Assembly (NCBI GenBank): GCA_051294375.1
Contig: CM119268.1
Coordinates: forward strand, 20,829,869-20,893,868
From: Paraspadella gotoi
Taxonomy: Eukaryota; Animalia; Chaetognatha
DNA length: 64,000 nt
Direction of reading: 5' to 3'
The position numbers were made by a program, and so were the translations under genes. Positions within the stretch are counted from its first letter, which is position 1. Every line of letters begins with the position of its first letter. The notes below the pieces were generated by a model that ran no database searches, had not been told where the DNA came from, and saw only the letters and a list, made by a program, of their open reading frames with translations. Shown one piece after another: positions 46,201 through 59,553 of this stretch.

Positions 46201-49200
46201 TATGCATAACCGAATTCTTTTACAGAGGCCTTCGGCCGAAAAACGAAAAATGTTGTTTCCCAATTTTGCTTTGATTTCGTTCGGCCGAGTGAATTTTCCC
46301 TATAGGGACTGCACCAAACCTGAAATTCTGATTAATTATTTTTCCAGATTTTAATTTTTTGTTTATTATTTTTACTGTTTAAGACAATGTTTTCTCAGAA
46401 ACTGTTTGTTTTGGTCAGTACTTTATTTAAGATTTATATAATTATTTTTCAGTGACTGGAAGTAGGGTTTTTAAAAATAATTTAATTTATTTATTTATTT
46501 TCGATTTCGTAAGTGCCACCCCTACTCGAAATTTTTTGTTCAGATTTTGACAGTAAAAATGAAGTTTTTCGAATATATTCTCTGTTTGTCTAATTTTTTA
46601 TGTACGGATTCACATTTTAAAGTAAGCTCAAAATGGGATTTTGGGCGTACAGTCGTAATCGTTTATGCCGATTTATTTCGCGTTTTTTCGTTTTTATCGT
46701 ACGTCATTCGCGGTTTGTTATTTTTGAAGATTCGCGATTTTTGGAATTTTTATTTAGGAAAAAAGAAAAAATATTTTTATTATTTTTTGCCTCATTTGCA
46801 TATACGGGTTTTCAATAACGGACGTCGCGGTATTGTCGCTCGTTCTTTGTTTTTCCTCCCTTTTTTTCCAGGTTTGGAGACCGTCCTTGTTGAGTTTCTC
46901 CAAGGTTTCAAGCGGGAACAAACTTTATAAATATTTCAAAGCTTCAAAATGCAGGCCTCCATCGATAGGTGATCCGAAATTTGTTTGGGTCATCGCAACG
47001 TTTCTGCCCCGCATTTCTAGGTCGCCAAGGACCAGCTGTTCCTGTTCGACAGCCCCTTGAGACGGCAAAACACCGGAAAAATAGGCGGCGCTTGCCGCAA
47101 AGATTTCGTCAATATAGGCATCGAAAAGTCAACTGATGTGGCGGCCGGCCATCCCAATCTGGAGACGCTTGTGCGCCGGTTCGCCTATATTGCAGAGATC
47201 TACGCGCCATGAGGCCCTATTAGACCCGGATCTTGCCAGGGGTGGAGCCAAGATTTGCAGGAGGGGCCAGTATGAGCGCGCGTTTTAGTGCTGCACCCGA
47301 GGCGGAGTATTTTGATGCGATCTAGAGATGAAGCTCAGAGATAACGGGCGTCCCGGGGTCCATGCAGCCTCATCGTTGACGCGTTCAAGTTAGCGGGGAC
47401 GGGCGTCCGCATTTTCAGCCCCAAGTGACGCCGATGGAGGAGTGACGCGGGCTGTCCGCGAGGCTCTACGGCCCCGCTGACGCCGCTCAGATTGATGGAG
47501 ACCAGATCCCCGGAGGCACTCCGGTGAGTTTCGACGGCTTTTTGGAGCCGTCCACCCAGTTTGTCCCAAAGGGCAAGTGCTCCCGCCCGGGATGCGGACG
47601 AAGAGCGGCGTAGGGACAGGCGCGGTCTTGGTTAAGTCCGATAGCAGCAGGTAGAGGGGGGGCGTTGCTGAGTTCCATCTCCGGGCCCGCTCTCTGTGTG
47701 TTTAGTGGGCAGCCTTGTGTCCGTGGGGTCCCGGCGGGGAGATATTTGAGATTGTTTTTATATTTTTTTTTTTTGAAGTTGTTTGCCGGGACGGGTTTAG
47801 TATACAGCCCTACCCTCCCTTTTGGAGACATGGGGGCTAAGATCTTATTACAGCACATAGAATCATTGTTTAAAGTTGGGTTTACGGAAGCTCCTCCCTG
47901 TTAAAACACTGAGCTATTTAAATATTGGTGGTTAAATGTCTCGTGATTTACTTACTTTATTTGGCACAATAATTTAAGTATATTGGCGCGCATTGTGTCG
48001 GTCTGAGTCATTTCTCAGTCGGCATCCTAAACAATTATTAAATGTGCTTATGATAAGATTAAAGTCGCAAAAATGTACCTTTGATTATAAATTTACCTAG
48101 GCTGGTTTTTAATCTACATTTTTTCCGACACTTGTAAATATGTTATTAATTTTTATTCTTAATGTCTTTATTTCGTGCCTTTTATTTACAGAACTCAACG
48201 GTTCCGGTTCGTCGTTCGTCAAAGGGTCATGGTTCTCTCTGGAATTCATCTGACGACGTTTCGACGAAAAACGGGATTCTATAGTTAGTACTCTCTTCTT
48301 AGTATTTTTCGTTTTTTGTGTCTCGCGTCCGTCTTTACGGCCGGACAATTTTTTTCTTATAAGAAACGGGGGCGCAGAAGTTTTTCGATTTTTTGTGCGA
48401 GGGCCCCGGTCGCAGAAAAGTTTAAAAGTTTTTCATTTTTGGAATCGCTTTTGCGTTTTTAAAGTAAAAATTATTTAGAGAAATTTTTTTTGTTAAAATA
48501 ACCGAGCTTTTTTAATTACGGGTTTAATTATTAAATGATAGGATAATTTTTATATTATAATTATTCCTTTTCGTTTTTTAAATATAAATAATTAATTCCG
48601 TCGAGCGCAGTCTATCTTGACTCTTTTTCGGGTATTTTTCTCTAAGGTTAACAGGCCTCTCGCGCCTGAAGGCTTAGGCAATTTTTTACTTAATTCGATG
48701 GCCGCTTAGCTTTCTCGAAAGCCTTTTTTCTTTTCTGTGAGCTGAAAAAGCTCTGTCTTTCTTTTTTATGATTTATATGTTTTTTTATTTTAATCATTAG
48801 TTATTTTTATTATTTATTTCCGTCTTTTCTGGTTTTATTTAATTCGACTGAAAAGTTGGATTTCTCCTGTGGCGGGATGTAAAGGGTTGGATCTCGAAAT
48901 CCGGATTCGATTTCCTGTACAACGTGGGCGAAAACGTTATTTATTAATATTTTCTTCAGCGCGTCACTCGATTCCTATTTTTTCTGGCACTTAGCATATC
49001 TTTTTTATGGAGTGCCCCGCTTTAAAACGCCTTGTTTATTTTTATTTCTTCTCATGATTTGTTCATTGTGTTTGTTCGGATTTCTGCACCATGTCGGCCT
49101 TGACCTTCATGGGGCGCCTTTGGACGGGTCTCACTTTTTTCTTTTGCGTTGACGTCCGTCACGCTAAGGGAGCTTGTCGAGAGGGTGTTACCTTCATGGC

Positions 49201-49300
49201 TGGCGGGAGGTCCGTGGAGGCTTGTCCGTGAGGCGGCAAAGTCGGCCGTTCCAGCCTCTCTCGCTAACACAAGTATTAACTGTCACTTATTTCAAATCCC
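43250..49300 (+). mobile_element. BEL/Pao gag-pol remnant (zinc knuckles, protease, RT, RNase H, integrase)
   Basis: Triple knuckle across frameshifts: PCSLCE..HFLHSCEKF...CCFNCLG...EKCPSKERCF.CDKNHHPLLH (43995-44192). Protease-like VLLDKG (44419-44436); GVFIRKGACN resembling GFxLRKWASN (~46000-46031); ASKS...IP...LCA (~47120-47180); PSWLAGGPWRLV resembling PWxGGxWERLV (~49190-49230). Domain order is that of BEL/Pao. Confidence 0.8.
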
Positions 49301-49418
49301 ATGTTTTTTGCCTTTTTCAAGTATTGGAATTTTAGATTTTTGTTTATGTGAAGGAATTTAGGTCACGCGGCATCGAGCGGTCTCGATGCATCGACGATGG
49401 CTCTCGTAAGTTACAAGA

Positions 49419-49622
49419 CATTACTTTTTGTCATGGGTGATAATTTTGCTGGGCCTTTGTCGATCCTTTGCCTCTAGGGCGGCTCTTCTGGCCCTGCCTC
49501 ACCACGAGTTTTTCCTAGCTTTCCAATATTTTCATTCTTTTCTTCTCCTCTTTTTTTTTTAAATGTTCTTTTTTTCCTCCTTCCTTCTCTTTCTTTCTTT
49601 CTTTCTTTCTTTCTTCCTTTCT

Positions 49623-49674
<52 letters not shown>

Positions 49675-49959
49675 TTCTTTCCTTTTCGGTATACAGGAAC
49701 TACAACAACTAACACAGATACCACAAAAACACATCAAAATGATTTCGATCGCGAGGAAACAAAAAAATGTTAAGATGAAACGAAAATTTTTTCTCTTTTA
49801 CTTTTATTTTTAGTTTTTTTTTATTAGATTCACTTTTTTATTTTTACTATTTTTATATCTTTCCAGTGAGAATTCTGTCCAATTTTTATTATTTGATCTC
49901 AAGTGTTTTTCAATAGCGATGAAAAGAAAGACGAAAAAAGGACGATACCGCTAGGACGT

Positions 49960-49990
<31 letters not shown>

Positions 49991-51756
49991 CCGACAACGT
50001 CCACACAACTATTATTACAAGGAAACAAACGTATTTTTGTCATGAAACAACTTGAATGTGCAATACAAATCGAATAATATCATGTCGTCGTCGTCGTCGT
50101 CGTCTGTGTGTCTGTGTCATCGTCTCGCATCATTGTCGTCGTCTTCATAATCCTCGTCATCGTCGTCGTCGTCATCGACGTCGTCTATTATCTCCGTCAT
50201 CATCGTCGTCGTCATCGTTCATCGTCGTCGTCGTCACATTACCATTCTCTCCTTCGTTTACACTGCTTTCTATCAAACTTCGTTTTAATTTTTAATGTCT
50301 TTTCTCTTTTTCACGCGTGAATGAAAAATCTTGACGCGTCGCGAGTGAATTTATTCCAACTTTACGCTTTAGTTGTCGATGAGAACAAAACTGTTTACAA
50401 TTGTAATTTTTTATATCTATATTAAAAATGAGCTAATATTTATTTTTTAACTTTTTTATATTTCTCATGATTCTTAATAATTCTAGTTTAATTCTAGATT
50501 AATTTCTGTCATTAATTGATGTCTATTAAGTTTTTACTTTTTCTAGTTTATTCTTTAAAAGAATTTGTATAAAATTTTTTTCGTTCAAGAACATCAAGGA
50601 ACTGTTTGATTTTTATGTGTTTAAAGAAATAATCAAATATGAACATATCAATATTTAACATTTGATGTCCTAATTCCTTTCTTCCTATTTTGTACTAATC
50701 TCCAATCTCCTCACTTCCCATCAAACATATCTTACCATCTCCCATCTCCTCACTTCCCATCAACATGTCTTCCCATCTCCCATCTCCTCACTTCCCATCA
50801 ACAGCTCTTCCCATCTCCCCACTTCCCATCAACATCACTCTCCATCGCCATGCCCCATTTTGATGGTGTCCTCATGAGTAGTTTTCCATACAACATATCT
50901 CTTCTCTGTTCCTTTATTTTAGCTAGAGACTGGTTTATATTCATTGTGGAGCCACGATCATACGAGGTAGAGGGTGTATCGTTCTCTTCACTTTTTGATA
51001 TCCGAGTCGGTAACAGTGATTGTTACTCTTTCCCTGCTCGGATTCGATATCGTGATCGAGCGGTCTTCTCTGGACTGATTTATTACCATCAACCGTGTCT
51101 TGCGGGTGCCTCGAATCCCCATCGTTGCGCGCAGAGGAGACTCCACGTATCCTAGGGTGCAGCGCGAGTGAGCGTGCTTGGAGGCCATCTCGCCCGCACT
51201 TGCCCATGCGCAATTCGGGGGCGCAAAGGGCGAAGATGATGAGTCAACTTTCGCCATGGGGAGCACGTCAGGAGGACACCGATGGACGGTGGTCTGCGTG
51301 GCGCGGCGGACGTTCCATCCAACCATACTCTTGGCCGTGCAGGGGTGTGGGGAGATACCATGGAGAGGGCCGGTGAGGTGTTAGGGGTGACGCTGAGAGG
51401 GGATGAGGGTTGCGCATGGGGCAGATACCGTTAATATCCTGGCTTGGCTGAGTGCTCGCTCCCATCCTGCTCTCACTTCGCGCATCTCAAATCTTGCGTA
51501 ACGCGCGTCTATGGGCGACGATCCGCGCAAAAACCCATTGTGATGATGGTTCTTGTGATATTTTTACTGCCGCTAAATGTGCCATATACTTTTTTGTCAT
51601 GGGTGATAATTTTGCTGGGCCTTTGGATTCCTTTGCCTCTAGGGCGGCTCTTCTGCCTGCCTTCACCAACGAGTTTTTCCTAGTCTTTTCAATATTTTCT
51701 TCTCTTTCTTCTCCTCTCTTTTTTTTTAAAGTTGCTTTCTTTTTGCCGTCCTTCCT

Positions 51757-51852
<96 letters not shown>

Positions 51853-52129
51853 TCCCTTTCGGTATACAGGAACTACAACAACAATAACAACAGATACCAC
51901 AAAAACAACATCAAAAATGATTTCGATCGCGAAGGAAACAAAAAAATGTTAAGATTGAAACGAAAATGTTTTTCCTCTTTTACTTTTATTTTTAGTTTTT
52001 TTCTTATTAGATTCACTTTTTATTTTACTATTTTTATATCTTTTCCAGTGAGAATTCTGTCCATTTTTATTTTGATCTCAAGGTTTTTCAATAGCGATGA
52101 AAAGAAAGACGAAAAAAGACGATACCGCT

Positions 52130-52166
<37 letters not shown>

Positions 52167-53040
52167 ACGCCACAACAACTATTAGTACAAGGAAAACAAC
52201 AACGTATTTTGTCCATGAAACAACTTGAATGATGCAATACAAATCGAATAATATCATGTCGTCGTCGTCGTCGTCGTCGTCGTCGTCTGTGTCATCGTCT
52301 CCATCATTGTCGTCGTCTTCATAATCCTCGTCATCGTCGTCGTCGTCATCGACGTCGTCTTCATTATCTCCGTCATCATCGTCGTCGTCATCGTCATCGT
52401 CGTCGTCGTCATCATTACCATTCTCTCCTCGTTCGTTCACCTGCTTCTTATCAACTTCGTTTTAACGTTTTAATGTCTTTTCTCTTTTTCACGCGTGAAT
52501 GAAAAATCTTGACGCGTCGCGAGTGAATTTATTCCAAACTTTACGCTTTAGTTGTCGATGAGAACAAACTGTATTACAATTGCTAATTTTTTATATCTAT
52601 ATTAAATTGGAGCTAATATTTATTTTTTAACTTTTTTATTATTTCCTCATATTCTTAAATATTCTAGTTTAATTCTAGATTTAATTTCTGCATTAATTGA
52701 TGTCTATTAAGTTTTTACTTTTTAGTTTATTCTCTTTAAAAGAATTTGTATAAAGATTTTTTCGTTCAAGAACATCAAGGAACTGTTTATTTTTATGTGT
52801 TTAAAGAAATAATCAAATATGAAACTATTCAATATTTAACATTTGATGTCCCTAATTCCTTTCTTCCTATTTTGTACTAATCTCCAATCTCCTCACTTCC
52901 CATCAACATATCTTACCATCTCCCATCTCCTCACTTCCCATCAACATGTCTTCCCATCTCCCATCTCCTCACTTCCCATCAACAGCTCTTCCCATCTCCC
53001 CACTTCCCATCAACATCACTTCCCATCGCCCATGTCCTCA
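49419..53040 (+). repeat. Direct duplication 49419-50830 / 51583-53030
   Basis: Near-identical blocks from tacttttt(t)gtcatgggtgataattttgctgggcc to cacttcccatcaacatcact, differing mainly by indels. Confidence 0.9.
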
Positions 53041-53251
53041 CTTCCCATCAACATCTCTTCCCATCTCCCATCTGCTCTCCTTCCCATCTCAAATCTTTCC
53101 TGATCCAATCTCATTTATCTCTTCCCATCATCATCTCTTTACTCGGCCAAGGCAACATCTTTTTGCCACGGCTTTTGCCACGGCCGTTGCCACCCTCTTT
53201 TTATCGGACATAAAAAAAGACGCTATCGGTTTTTCGGTGGAGTCTTCGCTG

Positions 53252-53291
<40 letters not shown>

Positions 53292-55979
53292 TGTCAATTT
53301 CTTCTTCATCCTTGTCATTATCTGCGTCGTTAACGTCGTCGTCATCGTCATCTTGATCGTCTTTGTCATCTTTTTTATCATCGTTATCTTCGTCGGTATT
53401 GTCTTTGCTATCATCGTCGTGATCGTCGTCATCATCTTCGTCGTCGTCATCGTTCGTTCGTGATCGGCGTTATCGTCATCGTCGTCATCATTCGTTCGTC
53501 ATCGTCGTCGTTCGTCATCTATCGTCGTCATCGTCGTCGTCGTCGTCATCATCGTCATCATCATAATCGTTCGTCGTCGTCGTCATTATAATTTCGCACG
53601 TCATCATCGCTCATCATAATCGTCGTCGTCGTCGTCTATCGTAGTTCGTCACAGTCTCGTCGTCATCTCGTCACTCTCCATCGTCGTCAGTCGTCATCGT
53701 CGTCATCATCATCGTCGTCATTCCGTCATCATCGTCATCGTCATCGTCATCGTCGTCGTCAACACAGAGACCGTCACTTCTCTCGCGTTTCCTTTCAATA
53801 TCTTTTTTTTCCATCGACAGTAAAATCTGATGAAACGAAAAGAAAAAAAAAGTCGTTTCATCGGATAAAATAATAAGTTTTATGTTCGTTATAAAAGGCG
53901 ACGACCGTAGATTCGTCGCCGGAGATAAACCTTTACTTTTCTCTCTGTTTCGTTTTTGTTTTATTTGTTTTATTTGTTTTGTTGTTACGTTTTTCTGTTT
54001 GCTTGTTTTTTGGTTGTGTTTTTCTTTTTCTTTTCTTTGTTTATATACAACAAAAAATGATAAACTATATTTGATCTTGTATCGAGTAACGAAGCAATAA
54101 GCTCGTCCCACTGTAAAGGGGTCAGTCTTCGCCCATCGAGTCTTCTGACCCAAACCGATAATCGTCTCTTCTCCCTTTTCCATTTCCTTTTTTCCCAAGT
54201 GTCCCTTTTATGGCCCGAGGCTGCCCGCCCGCCCAGGACCCTTTTGCCAGCTTCCTCCCCCCCCTCTCTCTCTCGTCTGGGTCCTTTTCGAAACAAGGCT
54301 GAACTCGACCCTTTTACGGGGAGGCCGAGGGGGGCTTCTTGTCGCTCTTACAATTTACAATTTTACAATTTCTTCTTAGTTTCCAATTTAGACCTGATTA
54401 TGTTATTCTTATTCTTTATTTTACTATTTTTCATTATTTAATTATTGATTGATTTTTTAGCTACGTCACGTTTCATTTATTTATTCATTAGGAAAAAAAC
54501 ATTTGAGCGCTAATGTGTGGTGTTTATTGCTTTAGCATTTTGATAAAAAATATAGAAGTTTGTCTAAAAATCCCTTGGCCCATTTTTTTGTATCCTTTAC
54601 TATTCATATTTCCATTCATTTTTGCCTCCACTTTATTAGTTTCTGACATTTTAGTTTTTCTCTCCTTGTTTTTTCCCTTTTACCCTCTTCTTTTTCTTAT
54701 CTCCTTTTTTTTCTTTCCTTCTTTCTTTTTTCCCCTCTCCTTTTTCTGACCTCCTTGACCCTCACCCCCTTTTGTAAGTGTGATCTAGGCCTTACACTAT
54801 GTAGTCAAAGTCAGGGGCAAGATAGTTTATGAAATGAATATATATAATTTTACATCGGTTGTGCCAATTTCATAAAGGTTAATCCATGATCAGCTTTCTC
54901 AGTAAAATGCACAAACCGAAAGTCCTGAACCTCAACCCTACAACTCAGGGTTTTTACTGTAAACCGATGTTATTCTCCTTCTTCCCAATTGTAAAGGGTT
55001 TCACTGTAGCGACGGGAATTTATGGTTAGTTTAGCAGCGAATCATCTCCCGTCAATTTGTCCGGAGATCCGGGTCAGGAATGACGTCGAGACAAAGAATT
55101 TACTAGGAATTCTGAGAGGATGATAAAAAAGCTGTATAATAGTTTCGTCATACTATTTTCATTCTTAGTTTCCTTATAATTTTAATTTATCATGTGCCTT
55201 TTCTATTTTTCGTTTTTAGATTAAAGATATTTAATTAATTACGATTAATAGTATATAATAATCATAATGTAAAATACATATCATGTAATAATATTATATA
55301 ATATATATTATAATACGATATATAATAATTTTATAAGATTTTTTCGTTCTTCTAAAATGCTCTCACTTGTAATGACCTCAACCTCATTTTCATTTCTCTC
55401 TTCATAACAAAAATCTTTAATCTAAATCTAAAAAAATGAATTCTCGTTTCGGAACGCCCTCATTCATTGTCAAAGTCGGAAATTCTATGACTAAATAAAT
55501 AATAAATCAATGTTTCCTTCTATCATACGTTTAAAACGTATCGAAGACTTTTTCTTGCCTTTTTTTTGTCCACTATGATGTACTTGAGACCTTTTTGCGC
55601 ACATTTTTGCCATTTCTGTGCGCACTTTGGCCATTTGCCAGAAATTTCCTCAAAATGCGATCCTCGGCGTTTTACGATTTTTATGTTTTTTTGGGCGGGG
55701 GGCGATAAAGGGGGGCGAGGACGGGGGGAAAAGGGGAGAGAGAAGAGGGAAGGGGAGAGGAAGAAAAGGAAAAGGGGAAGAGAAAGGAGATGGGAGGAAG
55801 AGGTGAGAGAGAAGAGGGAAGGGGAGAGGAAGAAAAGGAGAAGGGGAGGAGAAAAGAGAGGGGAGAAGGAAGATAGAGAAGGAGTTGAAGGTGGATGAGA
55901 AGGGTGATATTTGAATCGTTAGGGAGAGAGAAAGATTAATGTGGATTTTGGCCGCTAGAGGGATAACGACTTTTGAAAG

Positions 55980-56413
55980 ATTGTGCGAGCAAAGGCATTC
56001 AACCAGACAGACAGACCAACAGACAGATCGTGCGAGCAAAGGTATTCAACTAGTCAGACAGACAGACAGATCATACGAGCAAAGGTATTCAACCTGACAG
56101 AGAGACAGACAGACAGATTGTGCAGGCCAAGGCATATACAGACAGACAGATGGACAGACAGACAGATCATGTGAGCAAAGGCATTCAACCAGACAGACAG
56201 ATAGATAGACAGACAGACAGACAGATTATGCAAGCAAAGGTATTTAACCAGACAGACAGACAGATCGTGCAAGCAAAGGCATTGAACCAGACAGACACAC
56301 AGATAGACAGATCGTGCGAGCAAAGGCATTCAACCAGACAGACAGACAGATCGTGTGAGCAAAGGCATTCAACCAGACAGACAGACAGATCGTGCGAGCA
56401 AAGGCATTCAACC
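55980..56413 (+). repeat. ~39-55 bp minisatellite with a variable (GACA)n core
   Basis: gtgcgagcaaaggcattcaacc(agac)nagatc, about 9-10 copies. Confidence 0.9.
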
Positions 56414-57454
56414 ATACATCGTTGGTCCCAACGACATTTAGGTTCCAAGTCTTATATTTTATTCCTTTTTTTTTACCTCCGCCCAAAATCTGTTTACCAC
56501 ACAAATCATTACATCTGAATACCATCTCATGATGAACCTCTTAACTCTAAATTAATAAAAAAATATTAATATTTTTTTAAAATGTAGATGACAATAATTT
56601 AGGTTTCTTAAATTCTGAGATTCTCTGACGAATCTCATTGTCTCATGCGATTTTCCAATTTAAAAATTCTCCTCGGATTTCGTTTTCATCTCGATTCGTT
56701 TTTGTCGCAAGAAAAACTCATTGAATAAAGATCTGACGATGACGTCCTGGGGTTTTAGTTTTATTAAAGGCTTCGTCGATAGTTATTTTACAAATTATTA
56801 CTTAAAATCTTTGCTTTATTTTTTTCCTTAAAACTGTCGTTTTGTTTTTCAGCGATGAAAGACAATGCGATTTTTTACACATAGGCGTCGAGAAGCAGAA
56901 TTAAAAAAGCAAAAGAACAGCGCCGATGTCAGAGTCAGAACAATTGTTACAAAATATTCGCTTTCTCAAGTTTTTCTCCCTTTGCCTAAAATTGAAACTA
57001 GTTTCGCTATCGGCTACCATACTCTCTTAATCAGCTAACACAATTAAGACAATCAAGTAATTTAGCTAACTTTTTCTTTCAAAAAACAATTACACAAATT
57101 ATTTATTCAAACCCGTGAAGACTTAGTTCTACGTTTTCTTATCATCAAATCAACAAAATCCAGAAAAAAAAGTTGTTAAATATTTAGCGTAAAAAGCTTG
57201 GCAGTTATTGTTGTTCTTGTTTTCCCGCAGTTGCCAGCCCCCATCCCGCCCCTATTTCCCCGTTTCCCAATTTAAATAAATCAAAAAAAAAGGGAAAAAA
57301 ATGACTAAAACTTGTTTCCGTTTTTCCTTCATTTTTATCCCAAATCTCGACTTCTCTTCAGCTCTTGGCAAACTTTCTCTCTTCCTCCTCCTCTTTTTCT
57401 TCCTCCTACTCTTCCTCTTTCTCTTCTTCCTCATCCTCTTGCTCTTCTTCCTCC

Positions 57455-58675
57455 TCACTCCTCATCCTTGTGGTCGGCCTTCATCATCCTCCTCACAGAC
57501 GACTCCAGGATGGCGTGTCCCCACAGCTTCGTCAACTCGGCATCTCGTTCCTTCACGGTCTGCCTCTTCCAACGCTTCATCTCCGACCTCTCGCTTTCGC
57601 TACCTTCGTTCTCCTCGTTCTCCTCGTTATCCTCGTCATCGTTATCCTCGTCATCGCTATCATTATCGGACCCAGAATCAGCGCCAGAAGCGTGTCCAGG
57701 ACTGTAAGCCGGACCGTTGCCAGGACCGTAAGCCGGACCGTTGCCAGGACCATAGCCAGAACCTTCTTCGGAACCAATTTTATTCGCCAGCTGCTCGTAC
57801 TTATACTGCTGCTTCTCCTGCTGCTGCTGCTGCTGCTCGTTCTTGATTCCTAGGGCGGGATTATCGTTGGGAACGTCGATAGACTCGAGAGCCTTGCGGA
57901 GGTGCTGAGAGAAAAAAAAATGGGGTGAAAGAAAGCGAAAGAGACGGAGACGGAGTCGTCTCCCATCTTCTCTCAAACTTCTCACCTCGATCTGAGTCTC
58001 TGTGTCCTGCGAATCCCAAGCTCTCTTCAAATGCTTCGCCATCGGCTTCGACTCCTCGTCCTCCATCAGCGACCTGAGCGCAGAATCGACGGAACGACGG
58101 AGGCTTGGGCTCGCAGTTTGCGTGACGCTGAAAAATAGACAAGGATTGCTTGGTTATCATTGCTTTCCCTTCCCTTCGCGAGATTTCATTGCTTACTCGG
58201 CCAATTCACGAACGGTTTTGTCCTTCATCTCTCTGATGAAGTCGTTGGCGAGACGAAGCATCTTTGGGTTGTGCGAGAGTCGAAGCGCCATGCGGGTTAT
58301 TGCTGTTGCGTCAGGGTAAGGGAAAGGGATTATCCTTAGTCTCCTTATCTTTCTCCGACCTTCGCTCCTCACCTTGGTGCTGGCCCAAATCGGCGGCGGC
58401 TCTTCGCAGCGACGACTTTACCTCTTCAGAGGTGCTCAAGAGGTGCACTAGGTCCTTGAGCTTCATGTTTTCGGCCTAGCGGGAGAAAACCAAATATAGT
58501 TATATACGAAAATATGAAACGGAAAATCCTTTTGCTCCGATTTTAAACTCACCAGACCCATGGCGTTCAAGATGTCGCTCCTGGATGGAAGATCATTGCT
58601 GAATCTGTGTCTGGGACTCGCGGACACGATTGCCGTCGCCGCCAAAACCGCGAGGAAGACGACCTTCAGGATCAT
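57455..58675 (-). CDS. Uncharacterised secreted protein, granin/prohormone-like, 5 exons, 307 aa
   Basis: Exons 58553-58675, 58373-58475, 58197-58302, 57986-58127, 57455-57904 with four short (69-81 nt) GT-AG introns and matching phases 0,1,2,0. Signal peptide MILKVVFLAVLAATAIVSA, several RR/KR sites, KRWKR|Q site, poly-Q, YGPGNGPA repeats, acidic tract. Confidence 0.85.
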
Positions 58676-59517
58676 CGTCCTTTTCCCGTCGAATCGGCTC
58701 GACTTTTTTTCGATGTTGAAGGAAAAAAACTTTTTCGCCGAAAATAATCCTTTTTTATTTCGAGGGCGGCGGTAATCGGGAAGGTTAGACTATGCGTTAA
58801 TTCTATGGATGTTTGTTGACGCGGGTACGAAGCGTGGATCTCGTGGGAGACCGTAGCGCGATTGTGGAAAGATTGCGGTGACAAGGTGTGGTGTGCTGTA
58901 TTATTATCAAAGATTGATTTATAATCGTTATTTTTTAGCCTCTAAATTATTTTCGTCTCGCAATAATGATTAGAAAATTTTTAAAAAATGGTCCTTTGGA
59001 TATTATTGTGAAAAACTAAACCAAAAAATCTTTGGCAATAATCTAACCCCACTGTAACCGAAACACAAAACACAAAACACAAAACACAACAACGAAACAC
59101 GAAATCTCCAAAATCTCTTTGATCTAATTTCCGAGATTCCGAGGAAATTCCGGCGAATTTTCTTCGTTTATTCTCAAAACATTTTATTCTGATGAACCGC
59201 TCATTTTTTTTCGTCTTGAACTAACAAAAGTCCATATTTATTCTTGACGGCAAAAAACAGAATCCAAGCGAACGGGATAATGGAATAATAGTAGGACACG
59301 CTCGTCTGACTATTTCTTTTTCCTTTTTTCTTAAGGGAAAAAAGAAATTATACCAATAATTATGAGCAAAAGGCATTTTTATATTTTTTATTTCAATTTT
59401 CGATTCACAACAAAGTGATTACCATCGATCGAAAATGTTTTTTTAATAATATTTACAAGCAGTATTATTGTGAAAGACAGTACAGGAGGGGGAGAGAGAG
59501 AGAGAAGAGGAGAGAGG

Positions 59518-59553
<36 letters not shown>

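Larger units (their letters stand above)
40767..49415. mobile_element. Degenerate BEL/Pao LTR-retrotransposon-derived insertion, ~8.6 kb, composite
   Basis: Bounded by flanks that are contiguous in the empty copy at ~51498-51620. Termini TGTTACGA ... TCGTAA(gtta)CA. Contains frameshifted BEL/Pao gag-pol motifs (see next two entries). Confidence 0.75.

Noticed and set aside
48245-48285. Hammerhead-like CTGACGA...GAAA motif (also CTGATGA near 28874)
   Set aside because: No proper stem II closing pair or stems I/III, and the 28874 motif is not conserved in its duplicate at 27444.
55980-56413. CRISPR-like repeat-spacer appearance
   Set aside because: The spacers are (GACA)n variants rather than unique sequence, the context is eukaryotic, and there are no cas genes.
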